From contig KZ538054.1 in NCBI GenBank assembly GCA_000934665.2, forward strand, positions 1 to 64,000: 64,000 nucleotides of DNA. The letters are read 5' to 3'. How positions within the stretch are numbered: position 1 is the stretch's first letter; each line of letters starts with the position of its first letter. Origin of the DNA: Catajapyx aquilonaris. Lineage: Eukaryota. This document shows, one piece after another, positions 12,418 to 25,572 of this stretch. The position numbers and the translations under genes are program-made. The notes below the pieces were generated by a model. The model was not told the origin of the DNA and ran no database searches. It worked only from the letters and a program-made list of their open reading frames with translations.

Positions 12418-15400
12418 TCACATGATTTCACAGTAGTTGCAGATTGAGGACTTCTTGTCTTCCTGAGGGTGAGAATACAACTTTGCGGCTGTTGCTCGTG
12501 TCATCTCTGAGTCTGATTCCGAAATGTTTCCAACCCTTGCGGCATTTTCCTCAACCCATTGGTTCCAAAAAGATTCCTTCCACTCCTGAACAAAAGCAGT
12601 AACAATTTCTGAAGCCTGCTGATCTTCATGAAGCAGCTTCTTCTTACGCAGGAAACGAGCTAAGTGCTGCTGGATTGACAACGGAACATCACTCCAGTCA
12701 TTACCCAGATCACACTGAATAGCCTCAGTTGCTTGGTTTCGATCCTCCTCAAAAGAAACATGAGACTCCTGAACTTTGTTCACAACCACTGCCTTCTGCT
12801 CATCACTTGGGTCAGATATGGGGGCCCACAACTCCAACTGCCCTTCATCCATGGCCTCCAGGCTGTTGACCCTCGACTCGGATATGGGGCCAAGTGTTAA
12901 GCCTAGTTGCCTTTCCTGTAATCAATGACAACAATGTTGACAATATTATTTTGAACTCTTTCACAATATCTCTTAATCTGTGGTTGTGCCATCAAAACTG
13001 CCCCAATCCACCCAAGGCCCCATGTGGGATGGTTCCACAATTGAAGAATGTCATGATCCCAGTTAAATATGTTTTGCAAAAGAGAAAAAAAATAGTAAAG
13101 ACTCAATACTCTGCATTCCCCCATGGACCCCACTATGCTGGGCTGGTCTGACAATAGAAGGAGTGCTTACGAAGTCAGAAACGACATATCTGAATGATAC
13201 TCGCACATTAGGTAAATTGAGAGCCCATAGTATAAACACTCACTTTGGAATTGAGCCAAAGGGTCAGGCAATCCTTTCCCTATCCTGACTTGAACATTCC
13301 AAATCCAGATCTTCAGTTGTTTTTTTATAACTTTAAAAAGGCTGCTAAGTGCTCATACTTTCACCCAAAATATATGAATGCTTGATTAACCCATATGAGA
13401 GTTTCATTCAAATCTTTCATTCTAACTTGGTAAGTACAGTACTAACAGGGGCTAGGGCATGGATCTGTGTGCCAACAATGCACATACTTATGTGACTTTT
13501 AATTCACATCATTGAAATGATTGCCATGTATAGAGCTGATGTAGGCATTGTGGCCACTCATCAGCATAGTGTTCTCGTCATTCTATAATAATTACACTTA
13601 CCAAATAGTGCTTCGATTCATCATCAGCCACATTGCCCTTAATCCAATGCATCATGTTTATTTCCGAGAGATCCAGAGAACCAAACCACACTTTGTCAAC
13701 AACGTCGCAAGCGAGCCTCACCGACACCTCCATATCTGTAAAGTAATCCGCAGTGAAATTACAGTACTTGAGGGCTTCAAAACATACTTACGTTCATGAG
13801 GTAAATGCCGAAGATCACAGTTTGCAAGACAGAAGCCATGCACAAAGAAGTGGTAACTTTTAAATGGAAGGCATCGGTTTTCGACCATGACCTTCCCAGA
13901 ATCTCTCTTGAATTTGATTACTGTTCCTGCTCTGATCACAGGCTCACATTGTTCAAAAGATGTGGGAAATGCTTCCTCTTTCTCTCTTAGTTGAAGGAAC
14001 CGATTCCGCTAGTTATGGAAAATAACAAAAGCAATGTAATTTTCTATGTTACAGAAGGTGGACATCATTGTTATCAGAAATTCCTAAGCAAAATAAAGAC
14101 GATATAATCCAGGGCCAACAGAATCGGGGTGGTTCCTCAACATGCAGGAACTGTTGAAATAATCCCACTAAAGGGATATTTTTGGAAACTGCCTGTTTTA
14201 CTAAAGCTTACATCCATGTATCAGTATAAGTATGACAGTCTCTCCCATATCAAATTGGTACGTCTGAGCCCACTACATTTGAGTTGGTTAGAAGAATCAA
14301 AAGTGTGCCTGTTCAACCTCTCGGTAACCTCATTCAGGGTGCAAACAGGACAGGTGGGCATTTGCCATATTTCTGCCAATTGGAGCTGTAAGGTTAATTA
14401 TGGTGCACATGTTACAGTACGAGATCTTGGGCATGATGCGCATGGACACAGCTCCACTTTCACTGGGCATAACGATCACAATTGTACAGAAGGCAACTGC
14501 ATCCCTCATCACTCCATAGACATGCAGTCATGTTAGGTGGAAGCTATCGCCTCCAAATGTCATTTGTTGATGACCATTTAACAACCCAAAAAAATATCAA
14601 GAAAATGTATGTCAGTAAGTGAAATACTTTACCAGAATTTCAATCTCATTCACTGGGACATCTTTTAATTCCCTCAAATAACGGTCAAAATTTGAACTAG
14701 TATTGGCAGTCCTCTCAATTCCAATCCTTAACGACGTGCATTTTTCATCTTTCACGTCCACCAGAACCTCCTGCCCTGAAATAGAGAGAAATTTTTTAAA
14801 AATGACAGGGTGATGATTTTAAAACCAAAATTGCAATCTGAATGCATGAAAAAAATTTCAGATAACAATTTGTAGCAAGTACCTCGAGACAAATACGGTA
14901 TGAGGTTGTGGATTCCTATCAGTGGAACACCAAAGAGGGAAACGTTATCTGTGGTAAAAATTACATTCCAGGAGTTGTTTTTCTCCATCACAACTCCGCC
15001 ATGCTGGTTGACAAAACCAATAACTCCACAAGCATTGTTCATGTCCTCACACTTGCCACTGCTTGTATACAATTTCCTCATAGCAAGCTCCTAAAAAATT
15101 AAGCAAATTACACACTGCACAGTAGAAATAAAGTCACTACAATCCAACCTGGTTATTAATCACTTCCTGAGGAATACCACGCTTGTAACAAAAGTTCTTC
15201 ATGTCTTCAATCGATGTCAAAGAGGTGACATTTTTGTAGGACCCAACCCAGACACTTTTAATCTCGCCGCATTCCGAAAAAACGTGAACTTTTTGCCCTA
15301 AAAGGAGTGACATTTTCTTTCACACAATTTCCTTCCTTTGATGTGATAACATACCAACATGCAAGAAGTAGCGCAGATCCTGCTGCTCAACAGGAACAGC

Positions 15401-16825
15401 AAAAAATATGACATTGGCAGGTTCAACTCGCATGTCAACCCTGTCAACTGTAATAATTGCAAATGTCGGTTGCACATCTCCAACAACTGCTACATTGTTG
15501 CCTTCAGGTGCTGTCCTCTCTGCTGTACCCTTGTTCGAGGGGAGTGTATTGGTCTCATGGTGAAGGACGCCAGTTCTTCTCTTCTGAAAACACAAATGAG
15601 AATTTGTATCAACATTCCACACACACGTTATACCCAGTTCTTATATACTAGTAGCAATGGACAGCTTATCAGTTTCAAGGATGAAGCAAGATCTGAAGTA
15701 CCCCTTTTGATAATATCTGCCAGTAGCTCAACCCATTGTCCTACTATCCTATTTACCAAATATTGACAACTGCCTTTCCAGTGCCCCTTGCAAATTCTGC
15801 CCTATTTTTAAAATGTTGCATCTGCATGTAGCAGTAAGGTTCAGTTTGTAAGTGGGTTTCCTAGAAACTCAATCTTAGGCTGGTCGCAAATGGGGGAATT
15901 CGGGAGTAACTTATTGCCCGCACATTCAGCGCATGGGCCAGGGATCACCGCCTGTCTGGAGACAGGTTTCTGGCATGGGAAAAATTTATTGCTTCCAAGT
16001 TGGCCCCCCTCCAAGTCGTCCCGTTTGCACCTGGCCTTACTGTTGTGTGTGATGAACTGTTCTACAATGGCAATATTATAATCCACTTTGGAAAAATTTC
16101 ATATTGCCCATATGAAGGTTAAATCAGACTTCTCAGTGGTGAGAATATAAGTGGAAAGATCTGGTCTATCTGGTTATATTCACGATGTGTCTGTACAATT
16201 GCACGAATCTCGACAAAGTCCACGACAAAATAAATTTGACACTGTCTTAATTCTGTTAATGGGTGCAAAAAACGTTGCGGTTGCAAATTTTATTGCCTTA
16301 AAAAAGGTTAATTTTGCAGATAAGCAGGCCAAAAAAGTGCCACTAAAAACTGCACCCAGAAGTCAGACTTCAAGTCTCACATGTCATCGCCCCATACAGA
16401 TGAACCTATAGCTACGTGACAGTCAACCACTGCATGACACCGCAGATCATTACCAGCTCAGCCTCTGTGTCTGGATCGATGTTATGCTTCCTGCAATAGT
16501 ATTCAACCCTTGCATAGAGGTCTGCAGGCTTCTTGATGGGCTTTCCCAAGTGGGCCTCCCAGCCCTGATAGTTGTTCCCAAACATCCACACAAACTGCCC
16601 TGCAACGGACAACAATAAGGGCCATGTGACTCTCTGCGGGGAAGCAAGGTGATGAGAGGCGACCAATATGTTACCCTTTGCGTAGACCTTCCTGAGGTCG
16701 ATCCCTCCTAGGCAGATGCCAAAGAGGAAGCCCTCCTCAGGGGCCAGGTTGCAGTACATCTCCTTGTCCCTCTGGTCCTGGACCACCAGCTCATTGCGGG
16801 ACACCCTGGCGATGATGGCCTTCAT
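12418..16825 (-). CDS. Uncharacterised repeat-module protein, array copy A (~624 aa; 4 modules; ends ICNYCEIM)
   Basis: Nine GT-AG exons give an open frame of 1875 nt: 16825-16675, 16599-16454, 15583-15355, 15297-15149, 15090-14883, 14775-14633, 14008-13792, 13735-13602, 12915-12418. Paralogous to copies B-G. Confidence 0.8.
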
Positions 16826-19087
16826 CTCGACTGCAGGTCAGTGATGCATGGACGCAAAAGGCCGGGTGTCTCCAGTGGACTGGTCACGGGGGTGCTGGCT
16901 GCGGCGACGGACGGGCCTACTGGTCAAGGGTGCACTGCAGTTGACGGGGCGCGATGCAGCAGCAGGAGGAGTAGGAGGTGGGGACGAGGAGGGACGTCCC
17001 ATGCATAATGAGAAGGCGGTCCAAGAGTGGGAAACTGGTCTTTCAGGGGGGCTTTGAATGGAGGTGAACTCTGGGGAGAGGGGGCAGTAGACTCGATACC
17101 ATCGGGGCGGGGGGTTGCTCGGGTTTTTTTTTTTTCTCCCCCTCCCTTGGTGTGACATGCGCTCAATGACGGCTCGTCTGCTACTGCTCATGCCGCATTT
17201 TTTTTTTACGGGATGAACCCCATACAATGGTTGGTCCAATACAAAGGAAAAATCGGGTTGTAGTTCGTTGGGGCGGTAAAACGGGCAAGTTTCGCCTATC
17301 CTAGAAGCTAGAACACGGTGCAAAATTTTCGAGCAGCACTTGCAGACCATTGGTCAAGTGCGCCAGTTTTGAATCACTGGTCCACTGTCAGCCTCCTCTA
17401 ACTGTAGGAACACAATTTCGGAGAACACCTTAGAAAGGCTACATAACTACATAAGGGAACAAAAACACCAAGATGGGCGAACCATATTTGAAGCAAGTAG
17501 GCTACACATGTTACATTGATGCCCAGTCATTGACATGATTTCCTGAAGAATGATGAAAATACAGCCTGTTCATACTGCCTACTGTGACGAGGGACTTACC
17601 AGCCTGCAGTATCTGGAGCTCTAATTATGATCAACGTTGTGGATGTCCCTCAAGCTGCTGATGGAACCATTTCCGAGCATGCAGTAGCCTACAGGTGCGC
17701 GCCTGAAAGAGGTTGGCGGACGTGTGACACTGGTTCATAATGCAAAGGATGCAGTATTAACTGCACCCTCTTTTTTTATTGCGGAGAATGCCACCAGATC
17801 TCAAGGACTCCTGATGATCTATAAAGCCATGGTAGCTCTAGGCACATGTCTATAATGCATGTTGTGAAGATTCTCCCTAAATAGGCTACTCTTATTATTT
17901 TGTTCCCACGGAAGTCTTCGATGACGATCTAAAGATTACGTATACATATCTGAATAATTAATTAGTTTTTCAGTCATGTTTCCAATATGTAGACTACTGC
18001 ATGTTTTTAAAAACCTTATCAGAAGGATTCAAAATGATGTGGTGATGTGAAATCGCCTCCAGCAACCCCCGAACATCCGAAAATAATAATAACATTTCTG
18101 AAACTTGAACTGAGCACCGAAGATTTGCAATGTTCGATGACAGAATTGTCAAGTTGAGTCAGTAATGACTTTTGTGGCACAACTTCTTCCTATAAAAAAT
18201 AATTTAGAAAAAATTCAGGAGTGCCTAGTTTCCTGTTTCCTGTTATGTGAAATGAAACCTGGTCATGAGGTCATCATGTACAGTAGGCCTATATTTTCAT
18301 CCACTGATGTTCATGTGGATGGAAGGGAGTGAATCATTGTGGCCCTGGGCAAGAACGGAGAATGGAAATTCCTGATAAGAAATTATCCCAGCCAGGGCAA
18401 CATTTGTGTGTAGCACTAGCAAGACAACAGGCAGATGAAAATGATACAGCATTGGAAACAGGATCATGTCCCAATTAGCATCAGTCTCGCAGTTTTATTC
18501 GTGTTTGAATGTAATTAATTATATTTTCTTTAAATAAGTCTTTTGTTAATAATTTGAGTACATATCAGGACTCTTGTATGACATGAAGCTGACACATTTA
18601 TTTAAATGCTAGCATTTGACTTAACATTGGAAATCATTCAAATTATTCCACTTCTGGTTTCAAAAATACAAGAATGATTTTAAAACTGCAAAGTAGGACA
18701 CATGATGGTAGGGGCATTTTAACTTATGAATTAAAATACAGGTACTAAATTTATAGATTTAATCATCATTGATGGGTTCTATGATACGTGCACATTACCA
18801 GTAGGCTACTGTAACTGAGACATAATGCATGTAAATCTATTACTACATCTTTCTTTGGGGCAGCATATCGCACTGTACCTTGACCAAATATTGACTCCCA
18901 TGGCAAACTCAGTTCTTGCATACCGGTATCAACAGGTGCTTCCATTGGTGATGTCACCTATTTAATGAGGTGTATGCAAACTGATTGTGGTCAGGATGAG
19001 GAAAACCTAAAACCATATGTTTCCACTCCTTTTCAGTGGGGGTCTCATTACATTTATTGAGGAAGCTCTGAATAATTACAGATGTAA

Positions 19088-19383
19088 CCGAAGCAGGTTG
19101 GCATAGTGGATAAGGCGTCCGACTGCTAATCGGGAGGTCCTGGGTTCGAATCCCTGTGACGGCAACTCTAACCGTGGTTTTATGTGGTTTCCCACGGTTT
19201 CTCCAGGAGAATTCTGGAGTTGTTTCCTAATAAACAGGCCACAGCCGCCCCCTTCCTTTCCTATCCTCTCCCAAAAAGCAGTAAGTAAAAATGCAAGCAA
19301 AGAGTTCCAGACAAAACAAAAATTCCCCCCTAAAGAGCCGCCGGCTGATAACGGGGTATGAATTATTATTATTAATTATTATT
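19088..19383 (+). mobile_element. tRNA-derived SINE (tRNA-Ser(GCT)-like head)
   Basis: A-box TGGCATAGTGG, B-box GGTTCGAATCC and an (ATT)n tail. The 13-bp TSD ATTACAGATGTAA is at 19075-19087 and 19384-19396. Confidence 0.85.
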
Positions 19384-19497
19384 ATTACAGATGTAAATCA
19401 GTCACACAGTACAAATGATAACACATAAACCTACATTGAGCATGAATGGAAGGGATGCTTAAAAACATTTTGATTCCCACTGACAATAAAAATTCCA

Positions 19498-22400
19498 TTA
19501 CAGTCTGCATCTCATTCTGATGCCTACTAAGAGTGCCACAGCAGCACACATTACCAAAAGTGACCTGAACGAGTAGATGCCAGGTGGAGATGATTTGGGG
19601 CTATTCCCAGAAGTGTGGTCAGGAGAAGAAAGGTGGTGGCAAATTGGCACACTGGTGGTTTGTGTACCAGAATCAGCACTGAGTGCTACACTTTCAAGCT
19701 CTTCATTTCTGCTCCTGAATTCATTGAATTCTCTGAACCTGTGAACAAATTCACGAGACATTTGATGTGCCTCACTTGGTTGTTGTACAATCTCCTTGTA
19801 CAACAAAAAGAGGGCCAGGTTATCACTCAAAGCTGCTGCCAATGTGTTAGGAGTTAGTAGAACTCCTGATGCCCCTTCATCCATATTGCACTGAATCGCT
19901 TGACTGTGTGTGGCTGGATATGCCACAGCAGCTGCTTCAGTATTCTTTTGGCTTCCAACTGCATAACTTGTTTCAGATGGCACAGAAGTCTTGATGAGAG
20001 CCACTGGCTCTTCATTTGTCAAGTCAGCCAAGGGTGACCATAACTCTAATGCTTCACCAGATATTTCCTCAGGGAAATTGCTCTCTGGCAAGATGACCTC
20101 TTGGGATTCACACCTGGCGTTGGTCACTGGTGGAGTAAGATTCCAGTGCTCGATCTGCAATATCAAATTGTGACACTACAGGCAAGAAACAATCGCATGG
20201 AAGTTAATGTGCAGACAAAGCAAAACAATGGGTATTGCTGGCAACATACTGTATGTCTTTTTGCCCAAGACTGTACATCCAGCAATTCTACTGCAGACAG
20301 ATAATACAAAAATGGGAAAGACTTTTCTTCTGGTATCAATTTTATAAAGCCAAGTGTACATGTTCAGCTGTGTTAATCCCAACACGTCAGCGGAGAAAAG
20401 GGCAGGTTAGTACCAATTTATGTGGTATTTAGAGTATGTGCCATCTGTGACAAGTCATGAAACTCACCAGAAATTCTCTCTTCCTTTTGTTCACATTCTT
20501 CTTGATCCATTGGTGAAGCTTCTCACTGGACTTCTCCACTGAGCCAACCCACACCTTTTGCACAACACCATTGATTGTATGCACATTCACATCAAACTCT
20601 GCAACATGCACAAGAAATATGTATTTTTCATTGCTTGCTGGACAATTTTTATTTTTTTATTTTTTTATTTAGTTTACCCCGTGATGACCCTTATGGGTGC
20701 TATAGGGGGGTGGCATACCACCATCAGTTTTCTGTATATATTTTCTGCTTCATTCACCGGTGCAAGGAAACAGGGACAATGGGAAAGGACAGGGATTTTT
20801 GGGGAGGGAACATTGGTGCAAGTGCAATGTCGGTAAAGGGGTCATGTGCTGTTCCCCAGGAGGTTAGGTTGCCAGACACCTCCTTGGTGCAGGTCAGAGA
20901 CCCTCCTGACGCAGGTGAAAGGAAAGTTCCCCAGGCGGGGATCGAACCTGGGGCCTTTCAATCAGCAAGCCGAGACGTTACCATCTCGGCCATCTACACC
21001 TCCCCACTTGCTGGACAATGAATAGAGCACCAAAAAAAAGTGTGACACTGAATACTAACCTTTTGGTTCAATCTCATGTATCATTTCAAGGGGGTTAAAA
21101 ATTCATAAAATGGACATTACAGTGAATGTTTGAAAAGTTCATATATCAATATTTTACATCATATGCCTATCCATTCCCTCTTGGCTTAACTCACGATGCA
21201 AAATCAATGGGGAACTAGCCTTGGTCTGGGATTTGGAAATTTTGTTCATAACTAGCTAGCCCATGCCTGTAAACATACATTCCACCACTCTGTTGCATCA
21301 AAGTGACATTACAGGATAAATTACGGCACATTTAAAAGTGCCTTCAAAATTGGCGGGAAAAACGCCGCTGCCAATCGAAAGGGTACACTGAAATGCCTGG
21401 TTGACTGCGAGATATGAGGAATTTGACTTTGAATTAACCGCGGACACGAAGGAAAGCATTCGCAAGGCGGCTGTAGGCCATCGAGGTGGAGAAAAGGGGC
21501 CTTCATGTGCCGAATTCAGGTGACAGATGATTCCTGCCAGTTGGCACCACTGCCAGCCCATCAGCTGATTAAGCGGGGTGAAGTAAAAACGCGCCCCGGC
21601 CGCTATCTTGCTCACGGAATGGGCCGGTTGCTAACAACAGCGAAGCATTTTACAACATTGACGGGGCGTGTTCTACTTGCCCAAACCCAGAATAATTCGC
21701 TCACCCTGATATTTCCCAGTTGAGAATATGGAAATGACGAAATATAATCTAATATCGCGCATTTTAAAACCTCTGTGACCTAGGTCATATGTGCGCTGGA
21801 GGAGGCATTTTTGTGCCATCGTGTGGGCAAGATGCCACTCTATACGTAGGCGACCTTCATGACACCCTATTTATGTGCAATTAATTTATATTTCGTCATT
21901 TCCATATTCTCAACTGGGAAATATCAGGGTGAGCGAAATATTCTGGGTTTGGGCAAGTATAACACCATTTTTGCGTTCATTTCACTTCGCGTGACGTCAA
22001 CATTTTCTAGGGAAACAGTGACGTCACCATTTCCCTACATAAAAACCCCAATTACTCCGGAACCGAAACTGATATCTTAAAACGGAATACGCCAAAAAAA
22101 TCCAAAAATTATGGGCGAATTTATTACATAGTTTCCAAAATGAAGGCTAGTTCCCCATTACTACCGTTGGAAACCTCAAGTCCCAAAAGCTCACAGCAAC
22201 TCTTACTTTTTTTTCCAAGCATGTCCAGGTCAAGGTCTCCCATATGATGTCCATATAATGTGAATTGTTCCTTCTTGAATTCTAAAATTGCTCTTCCATC
22301 ACACAAGATTTGTCCCTTATCTTTCTCCAGCATCAACATAGTAGCAATTTGTATTCCTTGACGGTTTGCCTTGTCTTGACCATTCTCGCTATTAAAATGA

Positions 22401-23455
22401 AAGTGCCTTTGTTCCTAAAATGAGATAAAATGGAACCTTATGGAATGAAAAGTGCATACACACACACAATTGTCATACCAAAAGAGTCACATCCTGTTTT
22501 GGTACATTTCTCTCTCTGCAATAGTTTTTCAGACATTCAAGAATTCCTTCAGCTTGCACTGTCCTCTCTGTTGATATCCAAACTGCAGTGCAGTAGTTGC
22601 TCGTTGAATCAACATACACCAACTGCCCTGTTTGTAACACCACAGTTATTCTGGTGTAAGACTGACTTCTGAGTACGCCAAGATTATTTTCATTGTAACC
22701 TACCAATATTTACGAAGAGTGATATGTCAGAAACACCCTTCAGAGGAACAGCAAACAACTTGACATTCTCGGGTAGAAAAGTCAAGTTATAACTTTTATC
22801 TAATGTTTCAACTGCACCACCTCTCTTGGTAATACTTTGTACAATACACTTTACATTCTTTAAATCGGGGATTCCTGCCATGTCTTTCAGCTTTTCGTAA
22901 TTTTTGATCATTCGCTTTTCCTGCAATACAATATAGTGTAACTTCTCACATTCAATAAGCCCTGCATAGCATCCCTTGACTTACAAAATGTGATATGAGC
23001 ATTTCATCCACGTTCCTTCCTTCACAGAATTGTCTCATGTCAGCTACAAGTTTCAGAGATGAGACTGTCCTCGCAGTATCCAACCATAGGGTTTTAACCT
23101 TTCCATTCTTTATGTTTGCATACACCTTCGATCCTGAAAATATATTGGTAGTAAATTATTACGAAATCTGCTGCGATTCATGTAGCTTACCTGGTTCCAA
23201 TATGAGAGTCGGGCTCCACCCCAGAACATGCTGGCCAAACATAAAGATGCGCTTTGCTGAAAATCCCAAGTTGACTCCAAAGATATTGACAATTCCCGAC
23301 TTTCCAGTGATGCTAACAATTTTTCCCAGAGCACCATTGCAAGTTAACTTCACTTGTGATCCACTGTCACTTTTTGGATAGGATTCACATGACTGGGCAT
23401 CCAAATGGGGAGCATCATCATCACTTTGCAGTGATTCTGTTGTTGCTCTAAGTGC
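19498..23455 (-). CDS. Array copy B (modules 2-4 plus terminal exon with C-terminal TM helix); lacks its own exons 1-2
   Basis: Exons 23455-23191, 23133-22985, 22920-22704, 22627-22479, 22414-22207, 20598-20468 and 20154-19498 are in frame and end SLLVMCAAVALLVGIRMRCRL*. Most similar to copy C. Confidence 0.75.
20647..21006 (-). mobile_element. tRNA-derived SINE
   Basis: Minus-strand head with TGGCCGAGATGG and GGTTCGATCCC boxes, and an A-rich tail. The 13-bp TSD CTTGCTGGACAAT is at 20634-20646 and 21007-21019. Confidence 0.8.
21206..22159. mobile_element. MITE family 1 copy carrying a nested MITE
   Basis: TIRs AATGGGGAACTAGCCTT / AAGGCTAGTTCCCCATT. Collinear with 33389-34069. Confidence 0.85.
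21676..21957. mobile_element. TA-target (Tc1/mariner-type) MITE nested in MITE family 1
   Basis: ~70-bp TIRs starting CTTGCCCAAACCCAGAAT, with a TA duplication. The empty site GTTCTATAACACC is visible in the 33.4 kb copy. Confidence 0.88.
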
Positions 23456-23810
23456 CTGTGAGATAAGTGTCATGGTCTGTAGGAAGTGCTGTGCAGATAT
23501 ATTAGGCATTTACACACATTCCATTACAAAGCATTCCTATGCCATGAAAGACAGGAAAAATATGCCAGTGTCTACATGATCTACACACAGGCCAAGGGGG
23601 CTGATGGCAGCCATCACTCCGGTATGCCCATATGCTATTTAATTATCCATGTGTACACAAATAAATTAATAAAATACAGCTGATTTTCCTCGGAGTCCAA
23701 TTTTCAGCGTGGTCTTTCTCCCCATGGTATTGCAATGCAGGACTCAAACTTGGTACAGTATTTCACACTAGGTCGTGAGTTGAAAAAATTAATAGATTAA
23801 TAGATTAATA

Positions 23811-24559
23811 CAGGGTGTTCCAGAGTTGACGACTCACTCTTTGAAACGCAATTACTTTCGAACGGAACAACATATTTATTTAAAGTACGTACCAAAACAT
23901 CAAGGGAGGGTGCGAAAATCTTTCACGTAGGTGGCAGTACTAAGAAATGCTCAGGTCTTGCAACAAAAATGCCAGAAGCAAGACTGTCGTTAGAGAAACG
24001 TGTCCAGTGTGTTCGACTGTATTCAGTGAAAAAAAATGTTACAGAAGTGTGCCGTCAAATGGCAATCCTTTTCGGTGGACTGGCTCCTACCCGAAAAACT
24101 GTTGTGAGGATAAACCAACGGTTCGATGAAACTGTAAGTGTCTTGGATCAAATGAAACCTGGCAAAGGGAGAACAGTTGTGAATGCAGATAACAAACAGC
24201 GCATCCGAGATGCACTGGAAAGTTCTCCAGCAAAAGCAAAATCGGTCCGACGCCTGTGGGGTTATCTGAAGGAAGAGGTTTACCACCATCGAATGGGCTC
24301 CCTGGAGCATCTGCGTGACTTAATCACACAGGCGTTCAACGCGATCCCTGTTGACTTCTGTCGGAAGGTGTGCGACAACGTCGCCTTGCGATTGCGGGCC
24401 TGCATCGACATGGAAGGGGGGGTGGTTGACCATACCATGGAGAACAGGTCTTAAGTTAGCATTTCCTTGATGTTTTGGTACGTATTTTAAATAAATATGT
24501 TATTCCGTTCGAAAGTAATTGCGTTTCAAAGAGTGAGTCGTCAACTCTGGAACACCCTG
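23811..24559 (+). mobile_element. Non-autonomous Tc1/mariner element with internally deleted transposase
   Basis: ~95-bp near-perfect TIRs starting CAGGGTGTTCCAGAGTTG, with TA TSD. ORF 23969-24454 joins the N-terminal HTH directly to the C-terminal LWGYLKEEVY...RLRACIDMEGG region; the catalytic core is absent. Confidence 0.9.
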
Positions 24560-24970
24560 TAGATCCCTTAATTTTTTCAACAAAATCAGAGAGAATTGGA
24601 CGCCAACTTCTTCCAAGTTAGGTTGGAGATGACTGTGTGGCATTAGTACACTATGAGTCATGAGGAAGGGAGAAGCAAAAATGTAGTGGGGATGTGACAG
24701 TGTTTTGGTGAACTAGTGTTCTCAGTTACTGTAAACATTTTCATGTTGGTGATGTCAGAAACTTGCTGATGAATAAGGACTGCCTAGCTGATTGCGCCCA
24801 AGAAAGTCTCTCTTTGAGTTATCACTGATATTATAATTTATTTTGATTGTCTCTTCCATCTGTGTCTCCTCAACAACAGATTCCTGTACTAGACCTACGT
24901 TGATAAATCTGTACCTTCTGATTAATTCATGATTTTCTGCAGCCACGTCACTGCTTAATATCAGTTAATA

Positions 24971-25540
24971 TGTACTGTATTACCTCTCATAAAGTGGCAT
25001 TCCAGTATAAACTGAGGTCGATCAGCATGCCAGTATAACCCAGGAGTGGTCGGCATGCCGCAATAACCAAGGTAGATTTCCGTAATTTTGATCCTTGCCA
25101 AATTTTTTTGAATGCTTCTGGTACCGTTCTAAAATAGTGTTATAATGAAAATGGGCCAGTGTACAGGCTGTAAGAATATCAAGTTCTGTTGCACAGTGCA
25201 TATAAAAAATGTAGTGTCTGACTAATCCTATCCTCAGCCTGCTTTGACAGGGGAACCCCCTGCTCCAACAAAGATTATTGTCAGACACTGCAATTGAAAA
25301 CAATATAAGGTACAGGTACCCTATTAGGAAAATGTGCCTTTTCGATAGCCTTTACATGAATTTCAATTTTCAGGCAAATGTCAAGTTTGGAAAGGATAAT
25401 GTAACTTATGTGAAAACCTTGCTTTATACTGGCATACCTCGCCCTATACCCGCATGCCGGTATAGCCACCAGATCGTGCATTTCTAAAAACTGGTTGACC
25501 TCGGCAACACCGGCATGCTGATGTGAGGTAATACAGTACA
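24971..25540. mobile_element. MITE (second copy at ~58670-59245, opposite orientation), inserted in the old terminal exon region of copy C
   Basis: Inverted termini TGTACTGTATTACCTC. The internal sequence matches 58670-59245. Confidence 0.75.
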
Positions 25541-25572
25541 ATATTACAAATTCACCAGGTATGGACATTATC

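Noticed and set aside
12903..13154. 83-aa ORF as an extra exon of copy A
   Set aside because: It lies in the intron before the 12915 acceptor, is in a different frame and has no counterpart in the paralogs.
16838..17350. 170-aa minus-strand ORF upstream of copy A
   Set aside because: Low-complexity, GC-rich promoter/5' UTR-like sequence containing homopolymer runs.
19090..19170. tRNA-Ser(GCT) gene
   Set aside because: The tRNA-like head runs into a SINE body with an (ATT)n tail and TSDs, and the acceptor stem and variable arm do not form.
24755..24946. Independent 63-aa gene
   Set aside because: More likely the decayed continuation of copy C's old tail beyond the MITE. It has no ATG start and no usable in-frame acceptor.
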